A stretch of DNA of 64,000 nt from Gammaproteobacteria bacterium (GCA_016874235.1 VGUJ01000004.1:8425-72424), one strand, 5' to 3'; positions 42,923-52,900 are shown, counted from the stretch's first letter. A program made the numbers and translations. Notes: a model not told the origin generated them from the sequence alone.

Positions 42923-42966
42923 GGGAAGGCTCCTGGATAAGGAAATCGAGAAATCTTTGAAGATAC

Positions 42967-44067
42967 TCAGAGCGTGATCAGCACGCGTCCGTTACGGACG
43001 AAGGGCAGCTTGATCACTCGAGCGGGCAGTAACTTGCCGCGGATGTCGACCTGTACGGACTGACCCGTGCCGCTCGGAACCCGAGCAAAAGCAATCGACC
43101 GCTCGAGCGTCGGGGAGAAGGTACCGCTCGTCACTTCGCCCTCACCCACACCGGAGACGACGACTTTTTGGTGCGAGCGTAGTACGCCGCGATCTTCGAG
43201 CAAGAGTCCGACGAGTTTGTGGGATGGGCCACCCGCCGCTTTGATGTCCACGAGGGCCTGGCGACCCACAAAATCGCGCGTCGCGGGCTCGAAGGCGACG
43301 GTCCAAGTGAGGCCCGACTCGAGAGGATTGCGGGTGTCGTCCATGTCGTTACCGTAAAGATTCATACCCGCCTCGAGGCGCAGCGTATCGCGCGCGCCGA
43401 GCCCGCATGGTGCGACACCTGCCGCGACGAGGGCGCGCCACGTGGAGGGCGCTTCTTCGATCGGCAACACCACCTCGAAACCATCTTCGCCGGTGTAACC
43501 GGTACGGGCGACAAACCACTCTCCGCACACGCGACCATTGAAAGGCTCGAGTGCCAGGGTCGCGTCACGATCTTGCGGATCGAGCAACTCAGCCACGATC
43601 GCGCGGGCCTTCGGGCCCTGAACGGCGATCATGGCGAGATCGACGCGCTCAATGATTTCGAGGTGTTGGACCGACTCGCGAGCCTGAGCACGCATCCAGG
43701 CGATATCGGAGTCGCGCGTTCCGGCGTTGACGACCACCCGGAACCACTGTTCGTTCATGAAATAGACGATGAGATCGTCGAGAACCCCGCCGGTCTCGTT
43801 GAGCATGCAGCTATAAAGCGCCTTACCTTCGACCCGGAGCTTGTCGACGTCATTCGCGAGTAGGTGGCGAAGAAAGGCTCGGCTATCGCGTCCACGCACG
43901 TCGACCACACACATGTGCGAGACGTCGAACATGCCGGCATCGCGACGGACCCGGTGGTGCTCCTCGATTTGGGAGCCGTAGTTGACCGGCATGTCCCAAC
44001 CACCGAAATCGACCATGCGAGCACCGTGCTCGACGTGAATCCCATAGAGAGGTGTCTTGCGTCCCAT
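42967..44067 (-). CDS. gcvT: Glycine cleavage system aminomethyltransferase T
   Basis: Trimmed to the ATG at 44067 ([30 protein letters not shown]), with GGGAGA upstream. Confidence 0.95.
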   Translation of the reverse strand: MGRKTPLYGIHVEHGARMVDFGGWDMPVNYGSQIEEHHRVRRDAGMFDVSHMCVVDVRGRDSRAFLRHLLANDVDKLRVEGKALYSCMLNETGGVLDDLIVYFMNEQWFRVVVNAGTRDSDIAWMRAQARESVQHLEIIERVDLAMIAVQGPKARAIVAELLDPQDRDATLALEPFNGRVCGEWFVARTGYTGEDGFEVVLPIEEAPSTWRALVAAGVAPCGLGARDTLRLEAGMNLYGNDMDDTRNPLESGLTWTVAFEPATRDFVGRQALVDIKAAGGPSHKLVGLLLEDRGVLRSHQKVVVSGVGEGEVTSGTFSPTLERSIAFARVPSGTGQSVQVDIRGKLLPARVIKLPFVRNGRVLITL

Positions 44068-44104
44068 GCCGTCTCCCTCGAATCCTTGAGGCCACCACCC
44101 GGCC

Positions 44105-44145
44105 AAAAAAAAGGGCGGCAGGAGCCCTTGAAGCCCCTGCCGCCC
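44105..44145 (-). terminator. Intrinsic terminator acting as the expression platform of the glycine riboswitch
   Basis: The minus strand reads GGGCGGCAGGGGCTTCAAGGGCTCCTGCCGCCC followed by TTTTTTTT. It sits between the second aptamer and the gcvT RBS. Confidence 0.75.
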
Positions 44146-44345
44146 CTCTGTCCGTGGACCTGAGAGATCGGGCTCGCCTCGATCGACGCGCCGCTCCCCT
44201 TCGGTGGATCGGTCGTCGCCCTCGGGGCGGCGATCGATCGCTCTCCAGAATTCGCCTACGACCTGCCGTTCTTTTGCCTGAGCGTTTCCGGGCGGAAACT
44301 TGCGCCTTCGGCGCCCCTCGGTATGTCGGGGGGTCTCTCCGGCCA
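44146..44345 (-). promoter_or_regulatory. Tandem glycine riboswitch (two aptamers)
   Basis: Minus-strand aptamer 1 (about 44262-44342): CCGGAGAG...CGCCGAAGGCGCAA...CUCAGGCAAAAGAAC. Aptamer 2 (about 44146-44248): CUGGAGAG...CACCGAAGGGGAG...CUCUCAGGU...ACGGACAGAG. These match the glycine riboswitch core, upstream of gcvT. Confidence 0.9.
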
Positions 44346-44450
44346 GGTCGGGTTTCGCGAACGGGGAGATAATAGCAGCGGCTGCGCCCCCGGGCGCAGA
44401 AAAATCGACCGTCGTAGACTGTCAACTCAAGGTTACCTGGAGATCCGTCC

Positions 44451-46232
44451 ATGCAGAGTCGCCATTCCGCCTTGCCGCTGCTCGCCGCCCTCGCGATCGC
44501 AGCCTTGTTTTCGGCCTTTGCAGCGGCCTCCCCCCGCGCCGAGACCCAACTGCGGGCGCTCTTTGACGCCACGTGGCAAAAGGAGCTCGCAGCCGATCCG
44601 CTCATGGCGAACTACCTGGGGGACAACCGGTACAACGATCAGTGGACCGATATGTCCGCCGAAGCGATCGAGCGACGCCACCAACATGATCGATCCACCC
44701 TCGAGGCGCTACGCGCGATTCCGAGAACGGCGCTATCGCCCGCAGCACAACTCGATTACGACCTTTTCGAGCGCGAGTACACCCAGCGCCTCGCGAGCTC
44801 ACCTTTCAAACCGTATCTCTACTCAATCAACCACCAAGGCGGTATCCAGACCCTGCACGAAGTCACCGAGCTGCTGCAGTTCCGAACAACCAAAGATTAT
44901 GAAGACTGGCTGGTACGACTCGAACGTGTGGGTACGGTCATCGACCAGCATATTGCGCTGCTTGAGCAGGCTGCCCGAGAGGGTCGTACTCAGCCGCGCG
45001 TCATCATGCAACGTATCCCGTTGCAGCTTGCGATGCAGAATGTGGCCAAGCCGGAGCAAAGCCCTTTCTTCGAGCCGTTTACTCGCTTTCCCGAAGAGTT
45101 CGATGCGGCAACCCGAGCCCGCCTCAGCGCAGCCGGCCGCAGCGCGATCGAGCGTGTGGTGTTGCCCGCGTATGCGCGCTTCACAAAAACCTTCAATGAA
45201 ATTTACCTACCGTCGACCCGCGCCTCGGTGGGTATCTCCGAAACGCCGCAGGGCCGAGATTTTTATCGCGAACGAATCGCCTATCACACAACACTCGGCT
45301 CGCTGACCGCTGACGAGATCCACGAGATCGGACTCGCCGAAGTCCGTCGTATCCGGGCTGAAATGATGGCCATCAAGGACAAGGTGGGCTTCAAGGGATC
45401 GATGCAGGAATTCTTGACCTTCCTGCGTACCGATCCGCAGTTCTACTACAAGTCGTCGCAAGAACTCTTCGAGGGCTACCTCGCCGTCTCGAAGAAGATC
45501 GACCCGAACCTCGTACGCCTCTTCGGCAAACTGCCGCGGACGCCATACGGATTACGCCCAATTCCGATGACGAGTGCGCCCAACACCACCACCGCCTATT
45601 ACCAAGGTCCCGCTACCGACGGAACACGCCCGGGGTTCTATTACGTGAACCTCTATCGACCCGAGGTGCGGCCGAAGTACGAGATGGAAGTGCTCTCCAT
45701 CCATGAGGCCGTACCGGGACACCATTTGCAGATCGCGCTCGCCATAGAGCAATCGGAGATGCCGGACTTCAGGCGTAACGCCAGTTACACCGCGTTCGTC
45801 GAGGGTTGGGCGCTTTACTCGGAGAGTCTCGGTGAGGAGCTCGGTCTCTACCAAGACCCTTACTCAAAATTTGGTCAGCTCACCTACGACATGTGGCGTG
45901 CCGTAAGACTCGTCGTCGACACCGGCATACACGCCAAGGGCTGGACGCGGGAGCAGGCGATCGCGTTCTTCATCGACAACGCCGCGAAAACCGAAGCGGA
46001 CATCATCAATGAAATCGATCGCTACATCTCGTGGCCGGGGCAGGCGCTCGCGTACAAGATCGGTCAACTGCGCATCCAGAATCTGCGCCGCGAGGCAGAA
46101 AGCGCCCTCGGGTCCCGATTCAATGTTCGCGCCTTCCACGACACCGTACTCGAGACGGGCGCCGTGCCCCTCGATCTGATGGAACGCCACGTTCGCAGAT
46201 GGATCGCCAAAGAAAAGGAACGCTCACAATGA
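44451..46232 (+). CDS. DUF885 family protein (predicted secreted metallopeptidase-like)
   Basis: 593 aa with a signal peptide ([20 protein letters not shown]) and a HEAVPGHH zinc-motif-like segment typical of DUF885. Confidence 0.85.
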   Translation: MQSRHSALPLLAALAIAALFSAFAAASPRAETQLRALFDATWQKELAADPLMANYLGDNRYNDQWTDMSAEAIERRHQHDRSTLEALRAIPRTALSPAAQLDYDLFEREYTQRLASSPFKPYLYSINHQGGIQTLHEVTELLQFRTTKDYEDWLVRLERVGTVIDQHIALLEQAAREGRTQPRVIMQRIPLQLAMQNVAKPEQSPFFEPFTRFPEEFDAATRARLSAAGRSAIERVVLPAYARFTKTFNEIYLPSTRASVGISETPQGRDFYRERIAYHTTLGSLTADEIHEIGLAEVRRIRAEMMAIKDKVGFKGSMQEFLTFLRTDPQFYYKSSQELFEGYLAVSKKIDPNLVRLFGKLPRTPYGLRPIPMTSAPNTTTAYYQGPATDGTRPGFYYVNLYRPEVRPKYEMEVLSIHEAVPGHHLQIALAIEQSEMPDFRRNASYTAFVEGWALYSESLGEELGLYQDPYSKFGQLTYDMWRAVRLVVDTGIHAKGWTREQAIAFFIDNAAKTEADIINEIDRYISWPGQALAYKIGQLRIQNLRREAESALGSRFNVRAFHDTVLETGAVPLDLMERHVRRWIAKEKERSQ

Positions 46233-47467
46233 TCACGCGTCGGAAAAGTATCGCCGCCGTCGTCGGCGGAGTCCGGGTGGGCGGCGGGGCGCCCATCGTC
46301 GTGCAATCGATGACCAACACCGATACGGCAGATATCGAATCGACCGTCGCGCAAGTGCGGTCGCTCGCGCGTGCGGGCTCAGAGCTCGTTCGAGTGACAG
46401 TGAATACTGAGGAGGCGGCTGCGGCCGTGCCGTACATCCGCGAACGCCTCGATCGTGAAGGCGTCAAAGTGCCGCTCATCGGCGATTTTCACTTCAACGG
46501 TCACAAGCTGCTCAAGGCCCATCCAGCCTGCGCCGAAATGCTCGCCAAGTACCGCATCAATCCGGGCAACGTGGGTCGCGGCAGCAAGCGTGATCCGCAG
46601 TTCGCCGAAATGATTGAGGTCGCCTGTCAGTACCAGAAACCGATCCGTATCGGCGTCAACTGGGGCAGTCTCGACTCCGAGCTGCTCACACGCATGATGG
46701 ACGAGAACAACTCGCTGCCGAACCCGCGCACCGCGAACGAGGTCATGCGATCGGCCGTCGTCGAGTCTTGCCTGCAGAGCGCACGACGCGCCGAGGAACT
46801 CGGACAACCCCACGAAGCGATCGTGTTGTCCGCCAAGGTCAGTGGCGTTCAGGATCTCATTGCGATCTATTCCGATCTTGCCTCGCGGTGCGACTATCCG
46901 CTGCATGTGGGTCTCACGGAGGCCGGCATGGGCAGCAAAGGCATCGTCGCCTCGACGGCGGGCATCGGCGTGCTGCTCCAACAGGGAATCGGCGACACCA
47001 TCCGTGTGTCACTCACGCCCGAGCCCAATGGCGATCGCACTCAGGAAGTCATCGTCGCTCAGGAAATTTTGCAGACCATGGGCCTACGCTCCTTCGTGCC
47101 GATGGTCATCGCTTGCCCGGGATGCGGCCGCACGACGAGTACTTACTTCCAGGAACTCGCCAAATCAATCCAGTCGCATATCCGCCATCGCATGCCCGAG
47201 TGGCGCAAAACCTATGAGGGCGTCGAGATGATGAACGTCGCCGTGATGGGCTGCGTCGTCAACGGACCGGGCGAGAGCAAGCATGCGAACATCGGCATCA
47301 GTCTGCCAGGTACGGGCGAGCGGCCCGTGGCACCGGTATACGAGGATGGCGAGAAGACCGTGACCCTGAAGGGTGAACACATCGCCGAAGAATTCCAGCA
47401 ACTCGTCGAGGCTTACGTCGCGCGCACCTATCCGCGTCGTGAGGACGCCTCGACACCGAAGAATTGA
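46229..47467 (+). CDS. ispG: 4-hydroxy-3-methylbut-2-en-1-yl diphosphate synthase
   Basis: Trimmed to the ATG at 46229 ([33 protein letters not shown]). CPGCGRT and GCVVNGPGE cluster motifs. ATGA overlap with the DUF885 stop. Confidence 0.96.
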   Translation: MITRRKSIAAVVGGVRVGGGAPIVVQSMTNTDTADIESTVAQVRSLARAGSELVRVTVNTEEAAAAVPYIRERLDREGVKVPLIGDFHFNGHKLLKAHPACAEMLAKYRINPGNVGRGSKRDPQFAEMIEVACQYQKPIRIGVNWGSLDSELLTRMMDENNSLPNPRTANEVMRSAVVESCLQSARRAEELGQPHEAIVLSAKVSGVQDLIAIYSDLASRCDYPLHVGLTEAGMGSKGIVASTAGIGVLLQQGIGDTIRVSLTPEPNGDRTQEVIVAQEILQTMGLRSFVPMVIACPGCGRTTSTYFQELAKSIQSHIRHRMPEWRKTYEGVEMMNVAVMGCVVNGPGESKHANIGISLPGTGERPVAPVYEDGEKTVTLKGEHIAEEFQQLVEAYVARTYPRREDASTPKN

Positions 47468-47476
47468 GGAGAGACC

Positions 47477-47812
47477 ATGAGCGATTCACTCACCGAGAAA
47501 AAGTGCCTGCCCTGCGAGGGCGGCGTCCCCCCGCTCTCCCGCGCCGATTGCGAGCGACTGCTCGGACAGCTCACCCCGGAATGGCGACTTTCCCCTGACG
47601 GTCGTGAATTGCAGCGAGAGTGGTCGTTCAAAGATTTCTATCGGACCATGAGCTTCGTCAATGCCCTTGCCCACGTGGCCAACAGCGAAGATCACCATCC
47701 GGATCTCGCCATCGGCTACAACTATTGTCGGTTGCGCTACAGCACCCATGCGGTGAACGGCCTCACCGAAAACGATTTCATCTGCGCGGCGAAGATCGAT
47801 CGCCTCGCTTGA
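47477..47812 (+). CDS. phhB: Pterin-4a-carbinolamine dehydratase
   Basis: 111 aa with the FVNALAHVANSEDHHPDL motif. GAGGAGAG RBS. Confidence 0.92.
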   Translation: MSDSLTEKKCLPCEGGVPPLSRADCERLLGQLTPEWRLSPDGRELQREWSFKDFYRTMSFVNALAHVANSEDHHPDLAIGYNYCRLRYSTHAVNGLTENDFICAAKIDRLA

Positions 47813-47845
47813 GCGCGATCGCCTAGCATCAGCGCAATCGGCTCA

Positions 47846-49078
47846 TCACCCGCGTCGGGCGATGGCCGGCAGATCGCCGGCGAGGCCGAGTGCGCGCTCG
47901 GCGAACGGCCGTCGCAACACGGCGCTGCGACCCACGAACCCGAGCCCGCGCTGCAGCCACTGCTCCGCTCCGTCTCCACCGAAGGCCAGAAAACGGTTGA
48001 GCAGGTCCATCGCGAGGCTCATGACTTCATTGTCGCTCTTGCGCCATCGCTCGTAGCGACGGAGCACGCGTAGCGCGCCCGGATCCTCGCGTTCACGCGC
48101 AGCTTCGTCGAGCTGCTCTGCGAGGGCGGCCGCATCGAGCAATCCAAGATTGACGCCCTGCCCCGCGAGCGGGTGGATGATGTGTGCCGCGTCACCCACC
48201 AGCGCGCAACGCTCACGCACGTACTGCGGCGCACTCACGCGTCGCAACGGAAAGCTTCGCCGCTCACTCGCCAAAGAAAGTCGTCCGAGCACCCCGGCAC
48301 TCGCGGTCGTGAGCGCTTCGTTGAACGCGGAAACGTCAGCGGCGAGCAACCCCTCGGCTCGCTCTCGAGGCAACGACCATACGAGCGAGCTTTGTCCGTT
48401 CGCGAGCGGCAATAAGGCCAGCGTGCCCTCACCGAGAAAGCGTTGCCAAGCCGTCGACTCGTGCGCTCGCTCGCTCGTCACGTTCGCGACGAGGGCGAGC
48501 TGTCCGTACTCCTGCGCTTCGACACTGAAGCCCGCAGCTCGCCGTACGATCGAGCGGCCCCCATCCGCGCCGACGACGAGCTTGGCCGAGAACACGCCGA
48601 TCGAAGTCGTCAGTTCAACGACGCGATCATGGAACACGACATCGCTCACCAAGGCCGCGCGTGCCTCGCCACCCGAGGCGAGAAAGGCGTTGAGACCCGC
48701 ACGCTGCAGCGCATCGTTGCCCACGATCGCTCCGAGATCAGGCTCACCGAGCTCAGCCGCATCGAATGTCAGCGAACCTTCGCCGCGAGGCTCGGCATCG
48801 CGTGGCCACACGTGCATGCGCTCGTAAGCACACATTGCCGACGCGGCTATCAGCAAAGAATTCCAGGCTCCGGCGGTACGCAGAATGCGTTCGCTCGCTC
48901 GGGAGAGCGCGAAGACTCGAAGATCGGGTGCGTTTGAAGAGACCGCCAAATCGGGTAGCTCACGCTCGAGCAACAACACTCGTCGGGGCGTGGGACCCTG
49001 ACGCAACAAGGCGCCGAGCACGGCACCCACTGGACCGCCCCCAACGACGGCGACATCGAAGGTCGTCTCGACGCTCAA
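47846..49078 (-). CDS. UbiH/UbiF/VisC/COQ6-family FAD-dependent ubiquinone hydroxylase (UbiI/VisC-like)
   Basis: DVAVVGGGPVGAV dinucleotide fold, GDAAHIIHPLAGQG motif. I favour the TTG at 49078, which overlaps the ubiH stop; the track start is 49132. Confidence 0.85.
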   Translation of the reverse strand: MSVETTFDVAVVGGGPVGAVLGALLRQGPTPRRVLLLERELPDLAVSSNAPDLRVFALSRASERILRTAGAWNSLLIAASAMCAYERMHVWPRDAEPRGEGSLTFDAAELGEPDLGAIVGNDALQRAGLNAFLASGGEARAALVSDVVFHDRVVELTTSIGVFSAKLVVGADGGRSIVRRAAGFSVEAQEYGQLALVANVTSERAHESTAWQRFLGEGTLALLPLANGQSSLVWSLPRERAEGLLAADVSAFNEALTTASAGVLGRLSLASERRSFPLRRVSAPQYVRERCALVGDAAHIIHPLAGQGVNLGLLDAAALAEQLDEAAREREDPGALRVLRRYERWRKSDNEVMSLAMDLLNRFLAFGGDGAEQWLQRGLGFVGRSAVLRRPFAERALGLAGDLPAIARRG

Positions 49079-50322
49079 GGCATGACCCCGAGGCCGCGAC
49101 CGAGACGCGGCGTGCGTCCAGCAAAGCCCCAACTGAGTCGCGATAAGGCCTGTTTGGCCGTGGGTGAGAGATCGAAGAGCAGCAAACCTAGATCACGCAG
49201 CAAGGGTACGCCAGGCCGCGTGTCGCCAAAGAGTTTCACGAGCCCGTCGGTGAACCGCGTGACCCCGTCGCGATCGGCGACACGACGCGACGCGAATTCA
49301 CGCAGGATCGCGGGCGATCCCACATCCGCTCGTGAACCGTCGCGTCGCACCGCCTCGGCGAGCAGCTCAGCAAGGGTCGCGGCATCACGCAGTCCGAGAT
49401 TGAAGCCCTGCCCTGCCACCGGATGCAGCCCCTGCGCGGCATTGCCGATCAACACCACGCGCTGACCCGTGAGCGTCTCGGCACGCGAGAGCCTCAACGG
49501 ATACGCGTTGCGTTGGCCGACGGAGAGCAGACGACCGATACGCCAACCGAACTCCCCTTGCAGCGCAGCGAGATAATCTTTGTCGGAGAGGGCGAGCACA
49601 CGCTCGGCCGCCTCGGGGGCGAGCGTCCACACCACCCCATACGCCCCGTCGAAGAGCGGTAACACCGCGAATGGCCCCTCAGGGGTGAATCGTTCGTAAG
49701 CCGTGCCGTCGGCCGGGCGAGAACTGCGCACGTGGCTCACGATCGCCACCTGTCGATAATCTTCGAGGGTGGCTACGAGTCCTGCCGCAGTACGCACCTT
49801 GGAGTCGGCACCGTCCGCCGCCACCACGAGACGCGCTCGCAGCGGTGACGCCGCAGGCTCGGTCGCAAGTTCGACATCCCCCTCGTGTAGCGCGACGCCT
49901 GTGCATTTCGCCGGCATACGCAACTCGAGATCGGGCAGCGCCGTCATCGCCGCGCGCAGCGCAGTACCGAGCACGCGATTGGTCACGACAAACCCAAAGG
50001 CATCGATGCCGTGCTCGCTCGCCTCGAGCCGTGCGAAACCGAAACGCCTCGCATCCGAGACGTGGATACGACGAATGGGCGCCGCCTTGGGTGCCACCTG
50101 CGACCAGATGCCGAGCGCCTCGAAACTGCGGCGGGTGCCATTGCCGAGAGCTGTCGTTCGATCGTCGAAACTGGGTTGGGCGTTCGCATCGGGCGCGACG
50201 CCCTCGATGAGGGCCGTCTTGAGCCCCGTCGGTGCGAGCGCCAGCGCGAGACTCGCGCCGACCAGGCCCCCACCCACGATGGCGACATCGACCTGAGACG
50301 CGCCCGAATTCACGATGCTCAT
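49075..50322 (-). CDS. ubiH: 2-octaprenyl-6-methoxyphenol hydroxylase
   Basis: 415 aa; DVAIVGGGLVGASLA and GNAAQGLHPVAGQGFNLG motifs. Canonical ygfB-pepP-ubiH-visC order. Confidence 0.88.
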   Translation of the reverse strand: MSIVNSGASQVDVAIVGGGLVGASLALALAPTGLKTALIEGVAPDANAQPSFDDRTTALGNGTRRSFEALGIWSQVAPKAAPIRRIHVSDARRFGFARLEASEHGIDAFGFVVTNRVLGTALRAAMTALPDLELRMPAKCTGVALHEGDVELATEPAASPLRARLVVAADGADSKVRTAAGLVATLEDYRQVAIVSHVRSSRPADGTAYERFTPEGPFAVLPLFDGAYGVVWTLAPEAAERVLALSDKDYLAALQGEFGWRIGRLLSVGQRNAYPLRLSRAETLTGQRVVLIGNAAQGLHPVAGQGFNLGLRDAATLAELLAEAVRRDGSRADVGSPAILREFASRRVADRDGVTRFTDGLVKLFGDTRPGVPLLRDLGLLLFDLSPTAKQALSRLSWGFAGRTPRLGRGLGVMP

Positions 50323-51728
50323 GCTGCAGCCATCAAGGCTTCGATGGCGGAAGGGTCTTTGGTCACGCCATGCGTCAGCACGTCGTGTCCGTCACGCGTG
50401 ACGAGCACATCGTCTTCGATACGGATGCCGATGTTGCGGAACTCCGGCGGAATACCTCGCGTGCCCGGAGGAATGTAAATCCCAGGCTCGATGGTGAGCA
50501 CCATACCGGGTTCGAGCGGTCGCCAGGCCTCTCCGATCTTGTAGTCGCCCACGTCGTGAACGTCCATGCCGAGCCAGTGCCCGGTCTTGTGCATATAGAA
50601 CTTTCGATACGCCATCGACTTGATGAGCGAAGGGACCCGCCCCTTGAGCAGCCCGAGGCGAACCATGCCCGCCGTCAGCACCTGCACTGCTACATCGTGT
50701 GGGCGATTCCAATCGTTGCCCGGGCGCACGGCCTCGATCGCTGCGAGGTTGGCCTCGAGGACAACCTCGTAAGCGGCGCGCTGCGCCGGTGAGAAACGCC
50801 CGTTGACCGGGAAGGTACGCGTGATGTCGGAGGCATAGCACTCGTACTCGCAGCCCGCATCGATCAGTAGCAACTCACCCTCGCGCAACACCGAAGCATT
50901 CTCGCGGTAATGCAGAATGCAGCCATTCGCTCCGCCACCGACGATGGGCAGATAGGAGATCTCGGCGCGCGCACGATGGAACTCGTGCTGAATTTCGGCG
51001 GCCACTTCGTATTCGTAGCGCCCGGGTTTGCAAAAGCGCATCGCACGAACATGCGCCCGCGCAGCGATCCGTGCCGCCTCGCGCATCTGTTCGATTTCTC
51101 CACGACTTTTGATGAGCCGCATCTCGTGCAACACGTGCTCGAGCGCGACCATCTCATGAGGCGCATGTCGCCCTTGCTTGGCTTGGGCACGCAGTCCATT
51201 CACCCAACCGACGACACGCTGATCGAACTCGCGATTCACGCCGACGGTATAAAAGATTTTTTCGCGACCCTCCATGAGGCCAGGGAGGATCTCGTCGATA
51301 TCACTGATGGGAAAGGCATCGTCCGCGCCAAAATCTCGTCGTGCGCCGCTCGGGCCGGCGCGTCGTCCGTCCCAAGTCTCCCGTTGCGGATCACGATCAC
51401 GCACGAAGAGCAGGTACTCACCTTGCGGGCGTCCCGGAATCAGCACCGCGACCGACTCCGGTTCCGGAAATCCGGTGAGGTAATGGAAATTGCTGTCTTG
51501 TCGGTAGGCGTACTCGGCGTCGTTGTTGCGAAAGTGCACGGGCGCGGCCGGTACGATGGCGATCGACTCCCGCCCCATCGCCTTCATGAGCTGACGTCGT
51601 CGCCGTGCAAATTCGTCGCGCCCGATGGGCGGTGTTTTCACGAGCGTCGGGACCGCCGGCGTCGCCACGGCCACTCGAGGCGCCGAACTGCTCCGCGCAG
51701 ACTTAGTGGATCGAGGGCGGCTTGTCAT
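50319..51728 (-). CDS. pepP: Xaa-Pro aminopeptidase
   Basis: M24B motifs (LIDAGCEYECYASDITRTFP, HKTGHWLGMDVHD, LTIEPGIY). The start is uncertain: ATG 51728 overlaps ygfB by 26 nt, while GTG 51674 or 51668 would not. The track start at 51866 is unlikely. Confidence 0.9.
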   Translation of the reverse strand: MTSRPRSTKSARSSSAPRVAVATPAVPTLVKTPPIGRDEFARRRRQLMKAMGRESIAIVPAAPVHFRNNDAEYAYRQDSNFHYLTGFPEPESVAVLIPGRPQGEYLLFVRDRDPQRETWDGRRAGPSGARRDFGADDAFPISDIDEILPGLMEGREKIFYTVGVNREFDQRVVGWVNGLRAQAKQGRHAPHEMVALEHVLHEMRLIKSRGEIEQMREAARIAARAHVRAMRFCKPGRYEYEVAAEIQHEFHRARAEISYLPIVGGGANGCILHYRENASVLREGELLLIDAGCEYECYASDITRTFPVNGRFSPAQRAAYEVVLEANLAAIEAVRPGNDWNRPHDVAVQVLTAGMVRLGLLKGRVPSLIKSMAYRKFYMHKTGHWLGMDVHDVGDYKIGEAWRPLEPGMVLTIEPGIYIPPGTRGIPPEFRNIGIRIEDDVLVTRDGHDVLTHGVTKDPSAIEALMAAA

Positions 51729-52275
51729 CCGCGTCACTCCCGGCTGCCGCGACCTCGCGAACCCCGGCGAGCTCGTCATGCAGCAGTTGGACTCCGATGC
51801 GTACGAACTCGACGAGCTCGGAATACGCCTGCTCGTTATCTTCGAGGGACTCCGCCTCGTCCACATCGATCCGCGTCATCGCGGTGAGATCGCGAACGAT
51901 CTCCCCCACCTGCTCGGGCAACTGGTCGATGTCGGGAATCGGATTTGATCCGAGGCCATAGAGAAACCCTTGGCACCACTGTCCGAGCGCTGCTGCACGG
52001 ATAGCGACCGGCTCCTCGTCATCGGGTAGCAAGAGCTGAAATTCGAGCTGACCGGAGTCGAGCACGTGCCGAGTCCACTCATAGACCGTCAGCATCGGCG
52101 TCTCGGCCGCGCCGGCGACCCCCTCAGGGAACACCTCACGGAGCCAGTCCTGCAGGGTGACCGCCGAGCTGGAACACAGCGCCCCGGCCAGCGTTCCGTG
52201 GGCCTCAGGTAGATCGGTGAGCGCCCGTGTTCCGGCCAGTTGACGCTCGATTTCCCGGAAGTCAGGTGCTGACAT
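51703..52275 (-). CDS. ygfB: UPF0149 family protein YgfB
   Basis: 190 aa; the HGTLAGALC...QWCQGFLYGLG pattern is typical of YgfB/UPF0149. Upstream of pepP. Confidence 0.88.
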   Translation of the reverse strand: MSAPDFREIERQLAGTRALTDLPEAHGTLAGALCSSSAVTLQDWLREVFPEGVAGAAETPMLTVYEWTRHVLDSGQLEFQLLLPDDEEPVAIRAAALGQWCQGFLYGLGSNPIPDIDQLPEQVGEIVRDLTAMTRIDVDEAESLEDNEQAYSELVEFVRIGVQLLHDELAGVREVAAAGSDADDKPPSIH

Positions 52276-52308
52276 GAAGGAAATTATGCCAAAGACCCGC
52301 CCTGCGCA

Positions 52309-52336
52309 TTGATCGGATCGGTTTGCAGCCTATAAT
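52309..52336 (+). promoter_or_regulatory. Candidate sigma70 promoter abutting the zapB-like start codon
   Basis: TTGATC (52309-14), a 16-nt spacer, and a perfect TATAAT (52331-36). Only 7 nt (TTTCAAC) separate the -10 from ATG 52344. Confidence 0.4.
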
Positions 52337-52343
52337 TTTCAAC

Positions 52344-52580
52344 ATGAACGACAAGGCCAGCGACAAAATCACCCTCGACTCCGAAATCCGTCGTCTTGAG
52401 AAGCAGGTCGACGAGCTACTCGACTCCCTCGGCGCCTTGCGCGAAGAGAATCGAGCGCTGCGCCAGCGTCAGGACAGCCTCTCCAGCGAGCGCGCCTCGC
52501 TGATGCAGCGCAACGAACAGGTGCGCACCCGGGTCGAGGCCATGATCGGCCGTCTCAAGACCCTGGAGCACGGGGCTTGA
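52344..52580 (+). CDS. ZapB-like coiled-coil protein (TIGR02449-type) preceding zapA
   Basis: 78 aa from ATG 52344. Continuous heptad coiled coil (EIRRLEKQVDELLDSLGALREENRALRQRQDSL...). Stop overlaps the zapA start. Confidence 0.7.
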   Translation: MNDKASDKITLDSEIRRLEKQVDELLDSLGALREENRALRQRQDSLSSERASLMQRNEQVRTRVEAMIGRLKTLEHGA

Positions 52581-52900
52581 GCCCGGCTGAGAAAGATCCC
52601 TCCCGCATCAGCATCCGCATCCTCGAGCGGGAATACCTCATCGCCTGCCCGCACGACGAACGCTCTGCCCTGCTCGATGCCGCCGAACTCCTCAACGACA
52701 AGATGCGCGAGATTCGCGACTCCGGAAAAATCGTTGGTCTCGATCGTATCGCCGTCATGGCGGCGCTCAACCTCGCCCACGAGGTGCTCAAGTCGAAAAG
52801 CAAAGACCGTCGCGGCGAGGCCGAAGCCGGTACACGCGTCCGCGCGTTGCGTGAACGCATCGACGGCGCCCTCAAGCGCGGTCGTCAGCTCGATACCTGA
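52577..52900 (+). CDS. zapA: Cell division protein ZapA
   Basis: 107 aa starting ISIRILEREYLIACPHDERSALLDAAELLNDKMREI, typical ZapA. Conserved zapA-ssrS-5FCL synteny. Confidence 0.9.
   Translation: MSPAEKDPSRISIRILEREYLIACPHDERSALLDAAELLNDKMREIRDSGKIVGLDRIAVMAALNLAHEVLKSKSKDRRGEAEAGTRVRALRERIDGALKRGRQLDT

Noticed and set aside
43883-44605. 240-aa minus-strand ORF, plus ORFs 44052..44372 and 44323..45306, spanning the gcvT upstream region
   Set aside because: The interval is explained by the glycine riboswitch, its terminator and the DUF885 gene. The ORF products are Arg/Ala/Pro-rich with no motifs.
47813-47845. Imperfect inverted repeat between the convergent phhB and ubiI-like stops
   Set aside because: The stem has a bulge and a mismatch and no flanking T-tract on either strand. 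It is not convincing as a terminator.
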